Virus record (IMG/VR): IMGVR_UViG_3300043108_000047
Coordinates: 62,001 to 124,604 of that record
Reading direction: 5' to 3' (one strand)
Origin: an uncultured virus (IMG/VR IMGVR_UViG_3300043108_000047)
Taxonomy: Duplodnaviria > Heunggongvirae > Uroviricota > Caudoviricetes
DNA length: 62,604 nt
Of the stretch, positions 1-14,500 are shown one piece after another. The notes under the pieces are model-generated. The model did no database searches. It saw nothing but the letters and a program-made list of their open reading frames with translations, and was not told the DNA's origin. The position numbers and the translations under genes are program-made. The first letter of the stretch is position 1. Each line of letters starts with the position of its first letter.

Positions 1-227
1 CCTGTTAAAGTTTGCTATAATAAAGGAATAGACTTTAAGTATTTCTAAGTTTTATTTGTTTTATCTCCAAATTCGAAAGCGACGGCATCACTTTTAAGAG
101 CATTAATTATTGCTCCATATACTACATCAACTCCTTTACCCTTGTTTTTCCTCGTTGCCGAGCTTAGTATAGATACCAAGCTCGGACTATGAGTATTATT
201 AAATGTTTCTTTTATACAGTACCCCAT
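1..227 (-). CDS. 5' part of a gene running off the window; possibly the next giant virion/cargo protein
   Basis: ATG at 227, just after the TAA of the giant gene. The frame stays open to the window edge if TAG=Gln. Confidence 0.65.
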
Positions 228-244
228 AAATAATTTTTATTTTA

Positions 245-3200
245 TTAACAATTTGTCTTGGAGGTAAGTCCTGCATATAATTCATCAACTGCGTCTTCTC
301 CAGCAAGCATTACCTATTCTTCCACAAATGATATTAATTTATTAATACTATCTGAATAATCTTTAGATGTTTTAGATTCATTACCATAACTATTGTAGCC
401 GCCTTCTAAGAAATCTACAAATTCTATTAAACTAGGATCCATTTTAAAAGTATCAATAAGCTCCTAATTACTGTTTATCCATTCTGTTATATAGGATTTT
501 AGATATTCTAATTTAGCTTGTTGTATTTTTATTAGTTCTTCTTCACTTACTTCTGAATTATTTTTAGCTTTTTCAGCGGCTTCTTCAATTTCTGTACTTA
601 TAGCTTTATTAACAATTTTTTCGACTTTTAAACCATTTTTATTACCTCTTATTACTTTTAATATTGTACCATTTGGTAAAGTTAATATTAATGTACTATC
701 TTCCCAAGAAATATCTTCAGGATTAATACTTTTAATAGGTTCTTTTAAATTAGCCTTTTCAGAAATTTGTTCAAGAATAGTTACTCTAGTAATTCCCGAT
801 TCTCCTTTTGACATATGATATATTTCATTACCGGTAACTAACTATTGGCTAAATAATCTTTCGCTATTCTTAGATAATTCTTTATTTATAAGTGGGATAA
901 GAGCTTCCTAGATAGCATCGTCATTTTCAGCTTTCTTCTTAATTTTATTTATTTGATCGTCTGAAATACCTAGTTGCTAACTTTCTGCTATTAAATCTAA
1001 AGTCTCTTGAGAATGAGTTTCTGTGGGTTCTATTGGGGGTTCTTCTGTTTCTTCTACCTAAGTCGATTCCACAGCTTTCTGTAATTCATTTAAAGTAACT
1101 ACAAATATAGGCATGTCAATATCAGCATTAACCGTTAATAATTTTTCGTTAGTAATACATTTTCTAAACATTGCCTAATTATTAATTTCTCCAACAACTT
1201 CAGCACCCATTGGATCAATATAAATACCATTTGGAAAATATGCATCAGTTGCGTGCCAATTAGTTCTAGTAGGATTTGCAGTTGTACCATGGAATGCTAG
1301 AGAAATTAAATCATAAAAAGAATTATCATGAAAATCTTCCCCGAGATCTCTAGGTATGTAAATATCACTTTTAGAATTTACAAATTCTCCATAATAAAAC
1401 TTTATATCTTTAGTTTTATCATTAGCGTCTTTTAAAACAATAGGAGCAATATTATAATCCTCATTATACTAATATCTATAAAGATTTTTATAAATATACT
1501 AAAGTACATTAGGAATATGTTTTAATGCTTCTTTCTTTGGAAACTATATTTCATAATTAACTCCATCTTCTGTAAAAGATAATGCAGATCCAGTAATTAA
1601 AGAAGAAGTTAATCCAGATATTGAATTTCTAAATCCCTCTTTAGTGGTAATTTGTCTATCTTTAGGCCACTCCTTTCCATCATTTGTTTTAAGTTTGACA
1701 GTATCTTTAAGTACAGTTGATATTAGATAATCTAACATTTTATACTATTTTTGAGCTGTAAAAGGAGTTATATATATTCCTACCGGAGTTTTATTAAGTC
1801 CTTTATAAAATCCATTATCAGCACTAATATTAGTTAGTTCTCTTAAATAGGTTCCCGAACCAAGTCTGCTACCACCTACTCGAAATTGTCGTACTCTAGA
1901 TGCTAAACTATCATTAAAATCTGAAAGTAACTTAAGTTCTTCCTAAGTTGCAGTAGTTTCTGATAAAATTTTGTCTACTTCTTCATCTACTTCCTCTGCA
2001 TTATTTTCTTTATACCATTTAGCATCAGCATATTTAGCAATTCTAACTAGATCTTTATACTCTAAATTATTCTATTTACAGAAAGAATCTACAGCATTTA
2101 TAAAACTATATAAATTAGCTCGATAATTCCAAAGAGCCGCCAGCATTCTAGCTCCCATATAATCTTCCTCAAATGGAAAAATTTTAATAATCTAGGTTCC
2201 GTCTGGTAATTTCTGAGTAGTATTATAAACACTGTGATAGTTCTATTGTATAAGAGTACTAAATGGAATTCCAGCATTATCCAAAGGCAATAATCTAACA
2301 CTATTTCCAGATTCAAGAGGGCTATTTGCATTAATAGCTGTTTTTTGATCTAAATAAATTTGCATTAGATCATTTGGATTTAAAGTAGTGTCATTAGATA
2401 CAAATACCACAGCTTTTCCTCTAATAGCATCACTATTTACTCCGTTAAAGTTACTTCCAATATAAATGTAAGGATCAGAAATAACAGTATAGGGATGTGT
2501 TTTTCTAAATGTTTCTAGATTTACAGTTGGGACTGGTTTTTTATATTCTCCAACTCCAGTAAATTTTCTAATACTTGTAAGGCTAGAAAATATTGGAGTT
2601 ACATCTTTATAAAATACATTCCCATTATCTTTATATTGCTAGGTCATTGCATCAAAAAGTGCCCTATACTATCTAATTTTAGCTTTTACTGCTGGTTTAT
2701 CGCTTTCTTTTACTTGATCGGAAACATAGAAACTATCGGGATTAGCTAGTAATCCTAAAGTTATTTTGCAAGTTTCTTCTTTATTATTTTTGAATTCTCC
2801 TACTAAAGTATAAACTAGACCATTTATTTCTATTTTATTGTTTCCAGGCCCGTCTGTTTTTAATCCTGTGAAACCTACAAAACTATCAGAATCTTTTCTA
2901 GGACGAATTTCTATTTTATATTTTATTTGTTCAAGATGTTTAGCATTAACTACAGAAGCTACAGAACTAGGCAAGTCATCTAAACTTTTACTATAAAGGA
3001 TTACCGATTTTAATCCTAATAAAGTAGTGACTAACCCATTTAATTCAGCACCGCTTGTTATTGTGTCTTTATCTGTAAATATCTACAAGTCAGATTTTAT
3101 AGCTTTTCTAGGATTTACATAAGATACAATTTCTTTACCCTAGGCATCTTTAGTTACAACACGATTTAAACCAGCAAGATGGGCAGATCCATAAATTCTT

Positions 3201-6200
3201 ATAGGAGAGCTTTCCAAAGATATTAAGTTATCTACTTTTATATCAAGCTCTTCAAGATCTTTATCTTCAAGAATATCGTGCATATCCTCTCTTAATTTAG
3301 ATTGTTCTTCATCTGTTATTACTGGAGGTACATCATCTATAATAATAGTATCAGTAACAGGTTTAACTGAGTCATCTTCAACTTGAGACACTGAAGTCTC
3401 AGAAGTAGAAGTAGGTGACGCTGGAGCAGAAGTAGGAGATACTGCAGTTCCTTCAGTAGTAGCTATAATTGGAGTCTCCGGCTATTCTTCTGTAGATTCA
3501 GACTATCCTTCTGAAGGTTCCTAACTGGGTGTTTCAGTAGTTGGAGTTTCTTCTTTAGGTGTTTTTTCTTCTGTATTGGGTTTTCCCTCCTACTTTTCTT
3601 CTTTAGGCTAATTTTCTTCTTCGGATTTTTCTTCTGTGGTTGGCTATACAACAGTTTCCCCACCGTATAATTTTTCAAATTCTTCATTAGGAATTAATTC
3701 TAAAGAATTTAATACTTCTAATTTAGCTTTAATAAAAGGTTCTATAGCATCCTTTAAGTTTGGAGCTAATTTCTTTTGTAAATTTTCTTTATTTGCTCCA
3801 ATTATTTGAGATAGTCCATTATCAATAAAAATAGATCCAGACTTACCTCGACTCATAAGAGTATATAAATTAGTTAAGAAATTAAAAACAGCTACATCAG
3901 AAGCATTATCTGATAATGCCCATTTTTGGTCTACTATAATATAATCAAACTCCTAACCTTGTATTTCATCGGGTTTTAATACATGTATTTTTTTAGAGTC
4001 ATAATTTTCAACTAACTATTGATAAGCTGTACCATTAGTATCTCCAACAAATGCAATATCTCCCTTTAGTTTAGTTATATCGGATTTAGATATAGAAGAA
4101 GTAATTAGATCTCCATTTAATTCATCTTGATTATATACTCTAAAATCTAAAAATTGAATTTGAGCTTTTAAATTATCAAATTTTTGTTGGTAATTAGAAT
4201 CATCTTCTTCTAACTTAGACATTTCATTAATAATTTTCTAAGTAGTTAAAAGATTCTCGGATTTCTATACATTTACATCTCTTAGAGAAATAGATAATTT
4301 AGGAGAACGTAATACCATAATTTTTTCACGGTCTATATTTCTACATATTTTAGTATAACCGTTCTAATTAGTATCTCCTAAAGCAATAATTTTTATATTA
4401 TTTTCTTTTGCCCAAAGATTTAAAATCTATAGTTCAATTCCACTAAAATGAGTAATTTCATCAATTATTACAGCTTTTGGAGCATCCTTAACTTTATTTA
4501 TTTTAATTTTAGATGGAACTAGTATTTCTAAAGTCGTGGAATATCCAGGAATATTATTATAAGTATAATAATCAGATTTTTTAGAATTACTATCTAAATC
4601 TGACATTATTTTTTTATAATCCTCCACGCCAATAATCTATTCCATTAAATCTTTTCTAGTATAGGAAGTACCATCTGGAGCAATTGTCTTTAAAGTCTAT
4701 ATTTGAGTATCCTTAGGAGCACTTAGCCAAATATTTTTAGAACCAATAAATTTTATAGCATTTCTTGCAATTACTTGTGTTTTACCTACCCCAGCACTTC
4801 CGTCTATAAATACAAAACGATCAAGTACAGGTTTTACAATTGAGGAAGTTTCTCCTAATCGTTCACTTACGTAATCCCAAGCCTGAGAAATTATTTCAGG
4901 ACTTTTTATTGTTGCCATAGCGATTCTAGAAGCATGTTCCTAAATAGTTAATGGAGCTTTTTTCTTAGAAACATCTTCTTCTTTTTGGGACTCTTCGACA
5001 GTCTATTTTATGAAATTATTGTATTCATTTGAGCTAATTCCGGCAATAGTTAGAAGATAGGTAAATTTATCGAAGTCAGTAAATTTACTATAATCAATAG
5101 TTTCATTTAATTCTGATGTAACCTAATTTGATAAGGCTTTAAAAGAAACATCTACTAACTAAGTTTCTAAAATCTAAGATTTTTCAAGAATTTCTTTGAA
5201 AGAAATTCCATCATTTAAAATCTTATGTAAATTAATAAAGAATAAATTTTCTAATTTATGTACTAAAACTGCAGGCTTATCTCCAGGAATTTTATCTTTT
5301 CCTTCTAATAAATCATATTCCTTACCATTTATAGTAAATTTAGGAAGATTAAATAAAACTCTAAAGAAATCTATTTTAGCCATAGTAAATCTCTCGTCTG
5401 CAGTTATTAACTTCTATCTTTTATTAATTTTATTATTATCAGATAAAGAAATCCAAGAAAATGGATTATCCCCATCCAATTCATTTAAATATTTCTATAT
5501 TTCAAAAGCATATATTTCAGTTGTATTCTAATCTAAAGTTGGCAACTAATTATAATTTTTAAAAATATCTTTATGTTTTTCTGCATATTCATTGATTGCT
5601 CGATTATGCCCAACGGGCAATATATAATTAGCATCAAATCCAGCTGCATATAGATACGCTTTTAAAGATTTTAAAATTAAAGTAGCTTCATTAAGTACAA
5701 TTTCTTCATCTTCTATTTTAAAATCTTCTCTATTCTTTTCTCCTAGAAATTTTTGATGTATTTGCTATAAAATTTCTTCAATACTTTTATTTTCAGGATC
5801 TAAAGCTACACGTACTTTATTTAATAAAGCTATAACAGGACTATTTTTAGAAACTTTATCTTGAAGTTTGTCAAACATTTTAATTAAAGTATCCTATCTT
5901 ATAGTATCGTCTATAGCTGTAAGTTGCTATAAATTAGCTCCTAAATCCTAATCTTTATCAAAGATATTTTTAAAATAGTTTGGAAAATCTTCCTTATTTG
6001 CAAGATAATTAGAACTATTAACGTAATTATGAAAATCCTCATACTCTGGATCTAAGTAATACGTTAAAATATAGTCTTCACTAGGATCAAATGTTAATAT
6101 AGAATCTATAGCATCTTCATCACTCATTCCTTTTATTGCTTCCAACTAAGATTCTACATTATCCTTAAGTCCTTCATTTCCTTCCTTATTTAAAATTTCT

Positions 6201-9200
6201 TGTATTTTAGGATCCTTATTTTTAACTCTCTATACTAACTCTTTTGCAAAATTATATACATCGGTAAGGTTAGTAAGGGGATGGTCATATCCAAAATCAG
6301 AAAACATCTCTTCTAATCCTTCTCTAATAGGTTCTATTGGAGCTACTAAATACATATTATTAAGATAATCTTCCAAATTTTGTTTAACTTCTTCTGCATT
6401 ACTAAAATCACTTTTTAATTTAGCAAATATCTATTTAATATTAGAATCAGAAATATTCTAATCTATATAATTAGATATTAACCAATTAGCAATATCAGAA
6501 CGTCTAGTGACAAGAAGTCTGTGAATATAACGTTGAGTTGTTGGATCTATATATTCACCAGCATCGTCAATCATTTTAGAAATTGTTTTAGCAAATTCTT
6601 CTGATTTTTCGTCTTGTAATTTTTGAATCTTTTCAATTCTATCATCATGACGCTTTATAAATTGTTCATCAGTTTCATCTTCTTTTTTAACATTTCTAAA
6701 TTCAAAATCCTCATCGGATTCATCCTCTAATTTAATATCGGGAGACAAAGGCTACATAACCTCTTCAATAGCATCATCTAAATGTGAAAAAGCTTCCTAA
6801 GATTGTTTTACTTTGTCAACATTCTTTGAGAGTTCATCTAATATAGGATTAATTTTTTCTCCCATTTGCTTATAAATATCAAAAGCCTAATCTAAATCTA
6901 GAGACTATCCACTTCTTTTATAAGCTAAATATTCTTTTTTATAAGTTTCTTTTTCTGCTTCCGATAATTGATCAATAGTTTTATGCTTATTATTTTGTAA
7001 CCAAGTATCATAAGTAGCAGACATAAAAGGAGCATTAAGATTCTTATCTATAAAGAATAACATTTTTTCAGTATAAGGCAAAGACTATTCTCCCTTTAAG
7101 AAAGAATCTCTCTATTTACGTAAATCGTCTAATTTCTTCTAAGCTTCCTCAATATTATGCAATCTATTAGGATCATTTAACACCTAAGTTCCAGGACTGT
7201 CTGGAAGTAATTCACCATTAGGAGTTCCGTCCGCTGTTCTATTAGCCTTACTTAAATCCGTTTCAGCATCAATTAATTTTCTAGTAATTTCTCTAAATTG
7301 TTCCTAATATCTTGTAACATAAGACTAATCTTGTAGAAATTCTTTTAAATCTAAGAATCTCTTTTCAGATAAAACCATTTGATCAAATAGTTCTGACTCA
7401 CTAAGATTAGTTTTAGTTGTATTTAAGATATTATCTAATTGGAGAACACCCTCTCTTAAACGATTATAAACATATTCGTTCTAAGAATCAGCTTTGTCCT
7501 CAGTTGATAAATATACTGGATTGCCATCTTTGTCATATTCATATTTAGATGCAGACAAATTAGTACTTCCAAATTTACCAGAATCTCTCCATTTTTCAAG
7601 TTCAGAAAGCACATCTTTGGTTTTCTTATTGGCTACTAAATAAATTAATTCATCTTTAGTAGTGTCTCTCATAAAATGTCCATTCTTAAAAGCATCTACT
7701 CCATAGAATAAACCACCACCAAGCGCACCACCAAAGAATGACATACCATAACGTGCCCCCATATTTTCCCAAGCACCTACATCAGTAAGTCTTGAAGTAT
7801 TGAATATATTTGGAGATAATTCTCCTGCCCATTCATATAATTGTTTAGAAAGATCAGTTACTAATTCTTCTGCAACCTCTTCAGTACCTTCACCTATAGC
7901 TTTACCAACAAATCCTAAAGAATGATCTTTTAAATTCTATATAAACTCAGAAGTAGAATTCTTTCCTAAATCAATACCTTTCTATATAAGCTTTTTAACT
8001 GCATTACTAGATTTATTACTAATAGGATTACTTATAGCTCCTTCCTAGAACATACTTTTTGCAACGCTATTAGCATCCTTTTTAATAGCATTTCTTAATG
8101 CTATTCTAGTATCATTCTAAAGTTCGTCAAAAAATACTTCTCCAAGACCTAAATATTTATCAACAGAAAACATACCAAGAGTACTACCAAAAGCTACTAA
8201 TGCAGCATCTCTTTTATTAGCACCGTGCTCTAGCATTGATTGATATACATCCGTATTGGATATAATAGCCATGTAAACAAGAGAAGCATCCGCTCCTAAA
8301 CGTGCTTTTTTCTATAAAGCATCCTAAACAGGCATTACAAATTTCTAAATAGCCGCCTTACCAATAGGACTTTCTGCCCATTTTTTTGTATTCCCAATAT
8401 AAGACATTGCATTAGGAACACCTGACTGTAACATTGCCTAACTTTGATTGGCATAACTTGCAGTAGCTTTTTGATAAGCTAATTCCAATTCAGAAGTTCC
8501 TCCTCTTAATTTACTTATAGAATTAGCAATTAATTTTTGTTGTCCCCATTGATTAGCAACATCTGCTACAAGAGAACCTATATTTTCAAGTGTAAAAACG
8601 TGTTCTTTAGAATACTATGATGTTCCAGTTGTAAGTTTATCCCCAAAGGCAGCTATAGCATTTAATGTTTGAGAGTCTTTTTCATTTCCCCAAATTGAAG
8701 AAACCATACCATATAACATAGGTAATGATTTGCCCATTTCTCTGGCTATTAAAGCTCCACTATAAATAGCTGCAGAAGGCCCCCAGAACATAGGAAGTAC
8801 AGCTAAGGCAGTCTAAGCTATAACACCTGCTGGAGATTTATCTAAACCATCTGCATCAAAACAATCATATTTGTTAAGACCTTCTCCATCTACTGTTAAA
8901 GTGTCAAAAGAAGATAATACTTCTTTACCAACTAAAGATCGATCACCTAATGTTTCATAATAATAATCCCCAAATTCATTTATCTTAGCCTATCCCTTCT
9001 AATGCTCTTCTCCAGTTTTTGGATCAATTCCATCTGAATCCCAAGTAGCAAGCACTAATGGTTCATCAAATAAATTTTTAATCCAACCTATCGGACTATT
9101 AACTAAGGCTCTATCATTAGGAGAATAATCTAGCCATTTTTGATTTTTAGAATCCCATACTTTAGATTGCTAAGCTAATTCACTCTAAGATAAAGTGTTT

Positions 9201-9592
9201 CTTTCAACCTAGTTTATACCTGCTATACCAATAGTATTTCTATCGGGATTAGCTACAGTAGTAAATTTAAAATTTGGGTCTTTTACTCTAGAATTTTTTC
9301 TTCTGGAAGTATCAAATAAACTATATTCAAAATTATCTGTTGCTGGATTACTTTCACTAAAAGACTAAAATTTAGTAAGATTATCTTTATAGAAATCTTT
9401 AAATTTAGCTTCGCTAAAGTTTCCATTATTATCTTTAAATAAATCATTCTATGTTACAAAAGTACTGTTAACATACTATGAGTATGGAAGAATTTGGGTA
9501 TTCTCCACACTCATATCAAATACATCTTTAAAGTCCTAATTATTAAATGTAGGATTATTTATGTTCGCTACTATCCAATCATTTTCTTTCAT
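245..9592 (-). CDS. Giant (~3115 aa, code 15) putative virion cargo/ejection protein with N-terminal hydrophobic segments and an SF1 (RecD-like) helicase/ATPase domain
   Basis: Twelve track ORFs (464 to 7481) share one frame and each ends at a TAG. ATG at 9592, TAA at 245. Motifs: GSAGVGKT, IIDE, ALGDTN(TAG), IQG(TAG)EFD, LYTLMSRGK. Confidence 0.85.
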
Positions 9593-11538
9593 AATACAAC
9601 GTCAGATTTTACAGATTTAGCATTAAATTGTTTATTCCACATCTGGAATTCAAGTTCTTTTTGCTGCATTGCAGGTTCTTTATAATGTTGTCCTTCAGCA
9701 GTAATAGCCTAAACCTAATTATTTGTTATAGGAATGTAAATACATCCTTTATATACATCATCATGTCCATTAAAATCATACAGTTCATTTCTATCTATTT
9801 TATAGTTATCTTTCTTATCATTGGTAGAAAGAGTAGTTTCAATTCTATCCATAGCATCATCATCTGAAACTCTAACTACAAACTTACTGTCTCCAAATTT
9901 AGTATCTCTTTGAGTTTTATCTACACTATATCCTTCTACAACTAAGAATTGACCTAAGCAAGACCAATCTACACCACCACTTTGACGATTTATAATACGA
10001 TCAAGATTATTCTTATGTAGTAACTATGCTATTTCTTGAGCTTTATTGGGATCTCCCATAGTGATATTTTTAGCTCGTAAGTCTTTCTAGAAATTCTCCC
10101 ATCTATTAATAGCATCTAAATCTACTATTTTAGTACCATTTGAAGATGTAGTAGTTGGTAAGTAAGTCATTACACCTCCCATACCATTATACATTGTATT
10201 GTTAAAGTCTTCTTCACTAAGAACTCTATCTCCAAATGTAACAGCATGTTGATTAACTGTAATTCCTGCTAATCCAGAATCCATTAAAGTTCTTAAGCTA
10301 GTAGCACCAACTGGAGCTCCATTCTTATCAGGAATTGAAGAATACGAAACACCATCTACTTGCATTTGTCCTTTAGACCCTCTATTTATAGTTACAGTAG
10401 TAGGAGTACCTCCTATCTATCTTGACATATTATAATATGGGCCAGTTTTAATATCATCATCAAATGAAGCATCGCCACTGCTAATATTAGAAGAACTTGA
10501 AGAACTAGAAGAAGATTTAGTACCACTTTTAAGTACTTTTTCTAAGGTTCCTTCATAATCTACCGTGAAGTCGTTAATACTAGTAAGTTTAGAAGAAATT
10601 AAGTATGTTAACATACTTTGAATTCCTTTTTCTCTATTCGGATTTCCAGATTTAACCGCTAATAGAGTTTTTGCCTCTTCTGGCAGAGTCGTATATATGT
10701 AGGCTAAAGCTGCCTGTGCTTGATTTTTCTAGTCTTTAGTAATAACCTTGGTGCTATATAAGCCATCTAAAGACATTCCTTTTTCTTGAATCAAACGAGC
10801 TGCATCTTCCTATTGAAGAGCTTGAATTCCTTGATATAAGTCATTCTCCTTTTTAACCAAGTATCCCGATTGTGTAGATTCCGAAGTTCCTAAAGAAGAT
10901 ATAATGTCTTTTATATAAGAGTTTACATCCTAAATTGAAATACCTTTAGATGCAATTCTAAGTATCTCTGTATTTCCGGCATATTTAGGATCCCAAGCTC
11001 TTAAATATAAAATATTAGAATATGTTAATGGATTATATTTGTCTCTATTTTTTAAGTATTCAGAAGCAGTTACTTGTCTAATATTATTGTGTTTATCTTG
11101 TACAATTACATTGCCACCATCAACTACAATCTCAGTTAGAGCATTATTTTTATCTAATTTAGAATAAATTTTATCATACTGATCTTTTATAAAAGCACTC
11201 TATTGAATATCATAAGCACACTGCCTATAAATATGTCCCATTTCAGCGGGATCTCCATCTGCCATAGTAAGAAGTTGCTCAGTTTTAGCTTGAATTCTAT
11301 TTCTATCTCCAGGAAGAGCATCTATTTTAGCAACTAATTCACTTATTTTTTCTTCTGAAATTCCAGATTTACTAGTTGATTCTTTATCAGAAGATTTACT
11401 AGTTGATTCATTGGTGTTTTCTCTTCTTCTACTATTTCCTGCAACAGCCTACTATGCTTGGTAGGCCATTACAGGATTAGTAAAAGTAGTAAAAAGAGAA
11501 GCTAATCCACCATCTTGAAATTTAGGAATTATTTTCAT
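9589..11538 (-). CDS. Putative virion cargo protein (~649 aa)
   Basis: Starts MKIIPKFQDGG. Joins ORFs 10417 and 10087 through TAG. Its TGA overlaps the next ATG (ATGA). Confidence 0.8.
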
Positions 11539-14440
11539 TGTCTCTTATTACTTTAGTAATTAACTTATTTAATTTACCTCCATTCTTTTCTCTAAGTATA
11601 TACTACCAAGACTGCGGAAGATAAGTACTAGATCCATATAAATCTAAATATGGATAACCTTTAATTTTACCATAGAACATATTATTATCGTTAGCCATTC
11701 TACTAGATATTTCTTTAGCTCTAGCAAGCATTTGTGGATACCAAGTTGTAGTATAAATACTTTCATTAGGATGAGCTAATTGCCAAGATTTTTTCATCTA
11801 AGTCATTTCATCTAATTCATTCTAGTACTTACGCTATGTAAATGCTTGTGCTTGTTGTAATTTATATGCTTCCTCTTCTGCTTTCTTAGTTGCCCAATCT
11901 TGAGATTTACTAGTTGCCCAAGTACCAACTCCCTTCATTAAAGCATCAAATGATTTATAATCCGAATTTCTTTTAGCAGCTTTTAACTATGCTAAAGCCT
12001 AATTATTAGAAATAATAGCATCCGTATTATAATTAGCAATATCAGAACGTCTTTGAGCCCATTCCCTAGATAATTGTTGTGCAACCTAAGCAGTTCTTTT
12101 AATTTCGGCATCATCTATTTGATTGCCTTGTTGCTACGCTTGATTATTAGCAAGTTGTCCCTAGAGCATTCTATTAGCAGCTAAATAAGCATCTGAAGTA
12201 AATGGTTGATAACTTGCGCGCATTACATCTGCACCCTAACTATTATACAGCTATTTAGTAGAAAAGGCTCCGGTTACAGGAGCATATGCTCCCCATGTGT
12301 TATGTAATTTAGGAACTTGCGCAGCTGCAAGATCTTTATAGTTAGCTTTATTAGTCGCTAAAGATTTTGTGTAACTAGCTAAATCGGTAGCTAATGGAAT
12401 ATATTCATAAGGATTGAAATGCTTTGATTTTAAAATTTCATCAATTCTAGATTTCCATCCAGTTTCATTAACTGTAGCTGGAGCACTTCTAGTAGTAGCA
12501 CTTGATGAAGCATCTTCTCCAGAAGTAGGACTAATATCGGAAGTATTATCTGATGTATTGTCAGAACTTCTAGTAGTGGGAATTCTTAATTTATAATATT
12601 TATCATCATCATCTAAATACATTTCATATCCAGCATCAGAGAATTTAGTTTTGAGTAAATTAAACTACTCCTCAGTAAAATCTCCTTCACGTCCTAGTAC
12701 TCGTCTATCATCCGTTTGGCTGCTATATTGATTATCTGGTTTCCATTGTGTATTGGAATTATCTCCAGAAGTAGGGTTATTTACATACTGATAAATATTT
12801 TTCTATTTAGCACCTGCAATTCCTTTTTGATTTACATATGAATAATTATCATTTATTCCTTTCTAGTAAGTTCCAACATCTGCTTCTGTATATACCGTTC
12901 CTGCTCCCCCAGTCCATTTTGCTTTCAATCGACTATGAGCATGTTGAGTAGCATTTAAAGAATTTGCAAAAGCTGATTTATCAGTAGCTGTTTGGGCTGC
13001 CTGTAATAAGTCCCCTGCATAAGATGAAAATACGTCGTCATACCAATAATTATCTTTAGTACGACCAACTCCACCTCCACCATAATATTTCAAAATACCA
13101 CCTTGTTTTTCAAATAATGGAGCATATTTAGTCTTTATCCAATAATCTGTGTCGTATTGAGATTGGAATTCTTTTATGATTTTATCTTTCCAATAAAGTA
13201 TATCATGTAAACTTAACTATTGTAATGTTTTATTGTTAGTATTTAATATCCAACCAGTATATCCCCCATTTTTTTGACTACGAGATCCTTCTATATAGTA
13301 AGTTCCATCACCCTGATCATGCCAAAGACCGTTTATATTCATTTGGTTAAGTACCTTACTAAGTATATAAGCACGTGTTAAATATGAACTAAGCCGTGCT
13401 TTAGGAAATATCTGAGACATCCACTAATTTACAGTAGCTTTCTAGTCAGTTGTTCCTTTAGTAATAAGATATTGAAAGAACTATTTTAAAAACTAATTAC
13501 TTTTATTATTCAAGCCTTTAATTAAAGCTTGCTCCACCTAATATCCTACTGGAGCAGCCCCTGAATAATCCAAATTTATTGTAGCTAAATTTCCAGTATA
13601 ATTAGGATACTTAGTATTAACAAATGAAGTAAAAGCTTCCTGTAAATTTTTAGCTTGTTCAGCCTGCTCAATTTGAGCTTGTTGTTCAGGAGTGTACTAA
13701 GGAGCTTCCTACTAACTTGGATTTTCTACTTTTGGGGTTCCTTCAGTATTAAATAAAGAACTGGCAGAAGAAACTCCAAGCTTATCTAGATTAAAGTAAT
13801 CGTTGTTAATATCGTTATCTCTTAAAGCTGCAATAGTATTATCTATAGCCTATTCCGCATAAAGTCTATCTTCATTGGTATCAAAAGAATAATAATTTGA
13901 AAGATTTCCTTTTAAAGCTTCTAATCCTCTAATAGTCTATGCTACTCTATTAGCAGTACCACGAGTGCCTGTTTCTGGATCTTCTGCATCTAGAGCTATA
14001 AAATTATCAGGATTATTTCCAAATATTTGTTTTTGCATTGCTGGAGTTAATAATACCTAATCTCTATTATAAACAGCTTTCTTATTTGGATCTGTATAAG
14101 TATCCATACTTCTAAGAACTGTACCTAGATAATTGGCAGCTATACCATAAGCGTCAAATCCTTTTTGAGCATTATGGATACCATAATTATTATTAAATCC
14201 CCCTCCAATTTTTGCTGCAAATCCTTGTGGATCTTCATTTATCTTTCCTAGCATATCCACATAGGCAGATCTTACAGCTTGTTTTTCTTTATCCTTTAAA
14301 CTTACATTGGATAACCAATTATCAAAACCTGCTTCTGCCTATCTGATATAATCATTTAAATCAACTTCATCAGTTGATCGTTTATATGTTCGTACTTTAG
14401 GGGTTCCTCCTCCCTAAAATTTTTCTACCATTAATGACAT
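11522..14440 (-). CDS. Putative virion cargo protein (~972 aa)
   Basis: Starts MSLMVEKF(TAG)GGG. Joins ORFs 14057, 13217, 12863, 12251 and 11603 in one frame. Ends at TAA. Confidence 0.8.
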
Positions 14441-14452
14441 ATAGTATATAGT

Positions 14453-14487
14453 AAAAATGGGAGTATATAACTAGTACATACTCCCAT
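14453..14487 (-). terminator. Probable intrinsic terminator
   Basis: Inverted repeat ATGGGAGTAT...ATACTCCCAT followed by a T-tract on the minus strand, downstream of the 108-aa gene. Confidence 0.65.
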
Positions 14488-14500
14488 CTGTTCACAAAAA

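Noticed and set aside
8835..8875. DCFDADGLD as an RNA polymerase DxDGD catalytic motif
   Set aside because: The spacing and context do not match, and it lies just before the hydrophobic segments. A virion RNAP may be encoded beyond the window edge.
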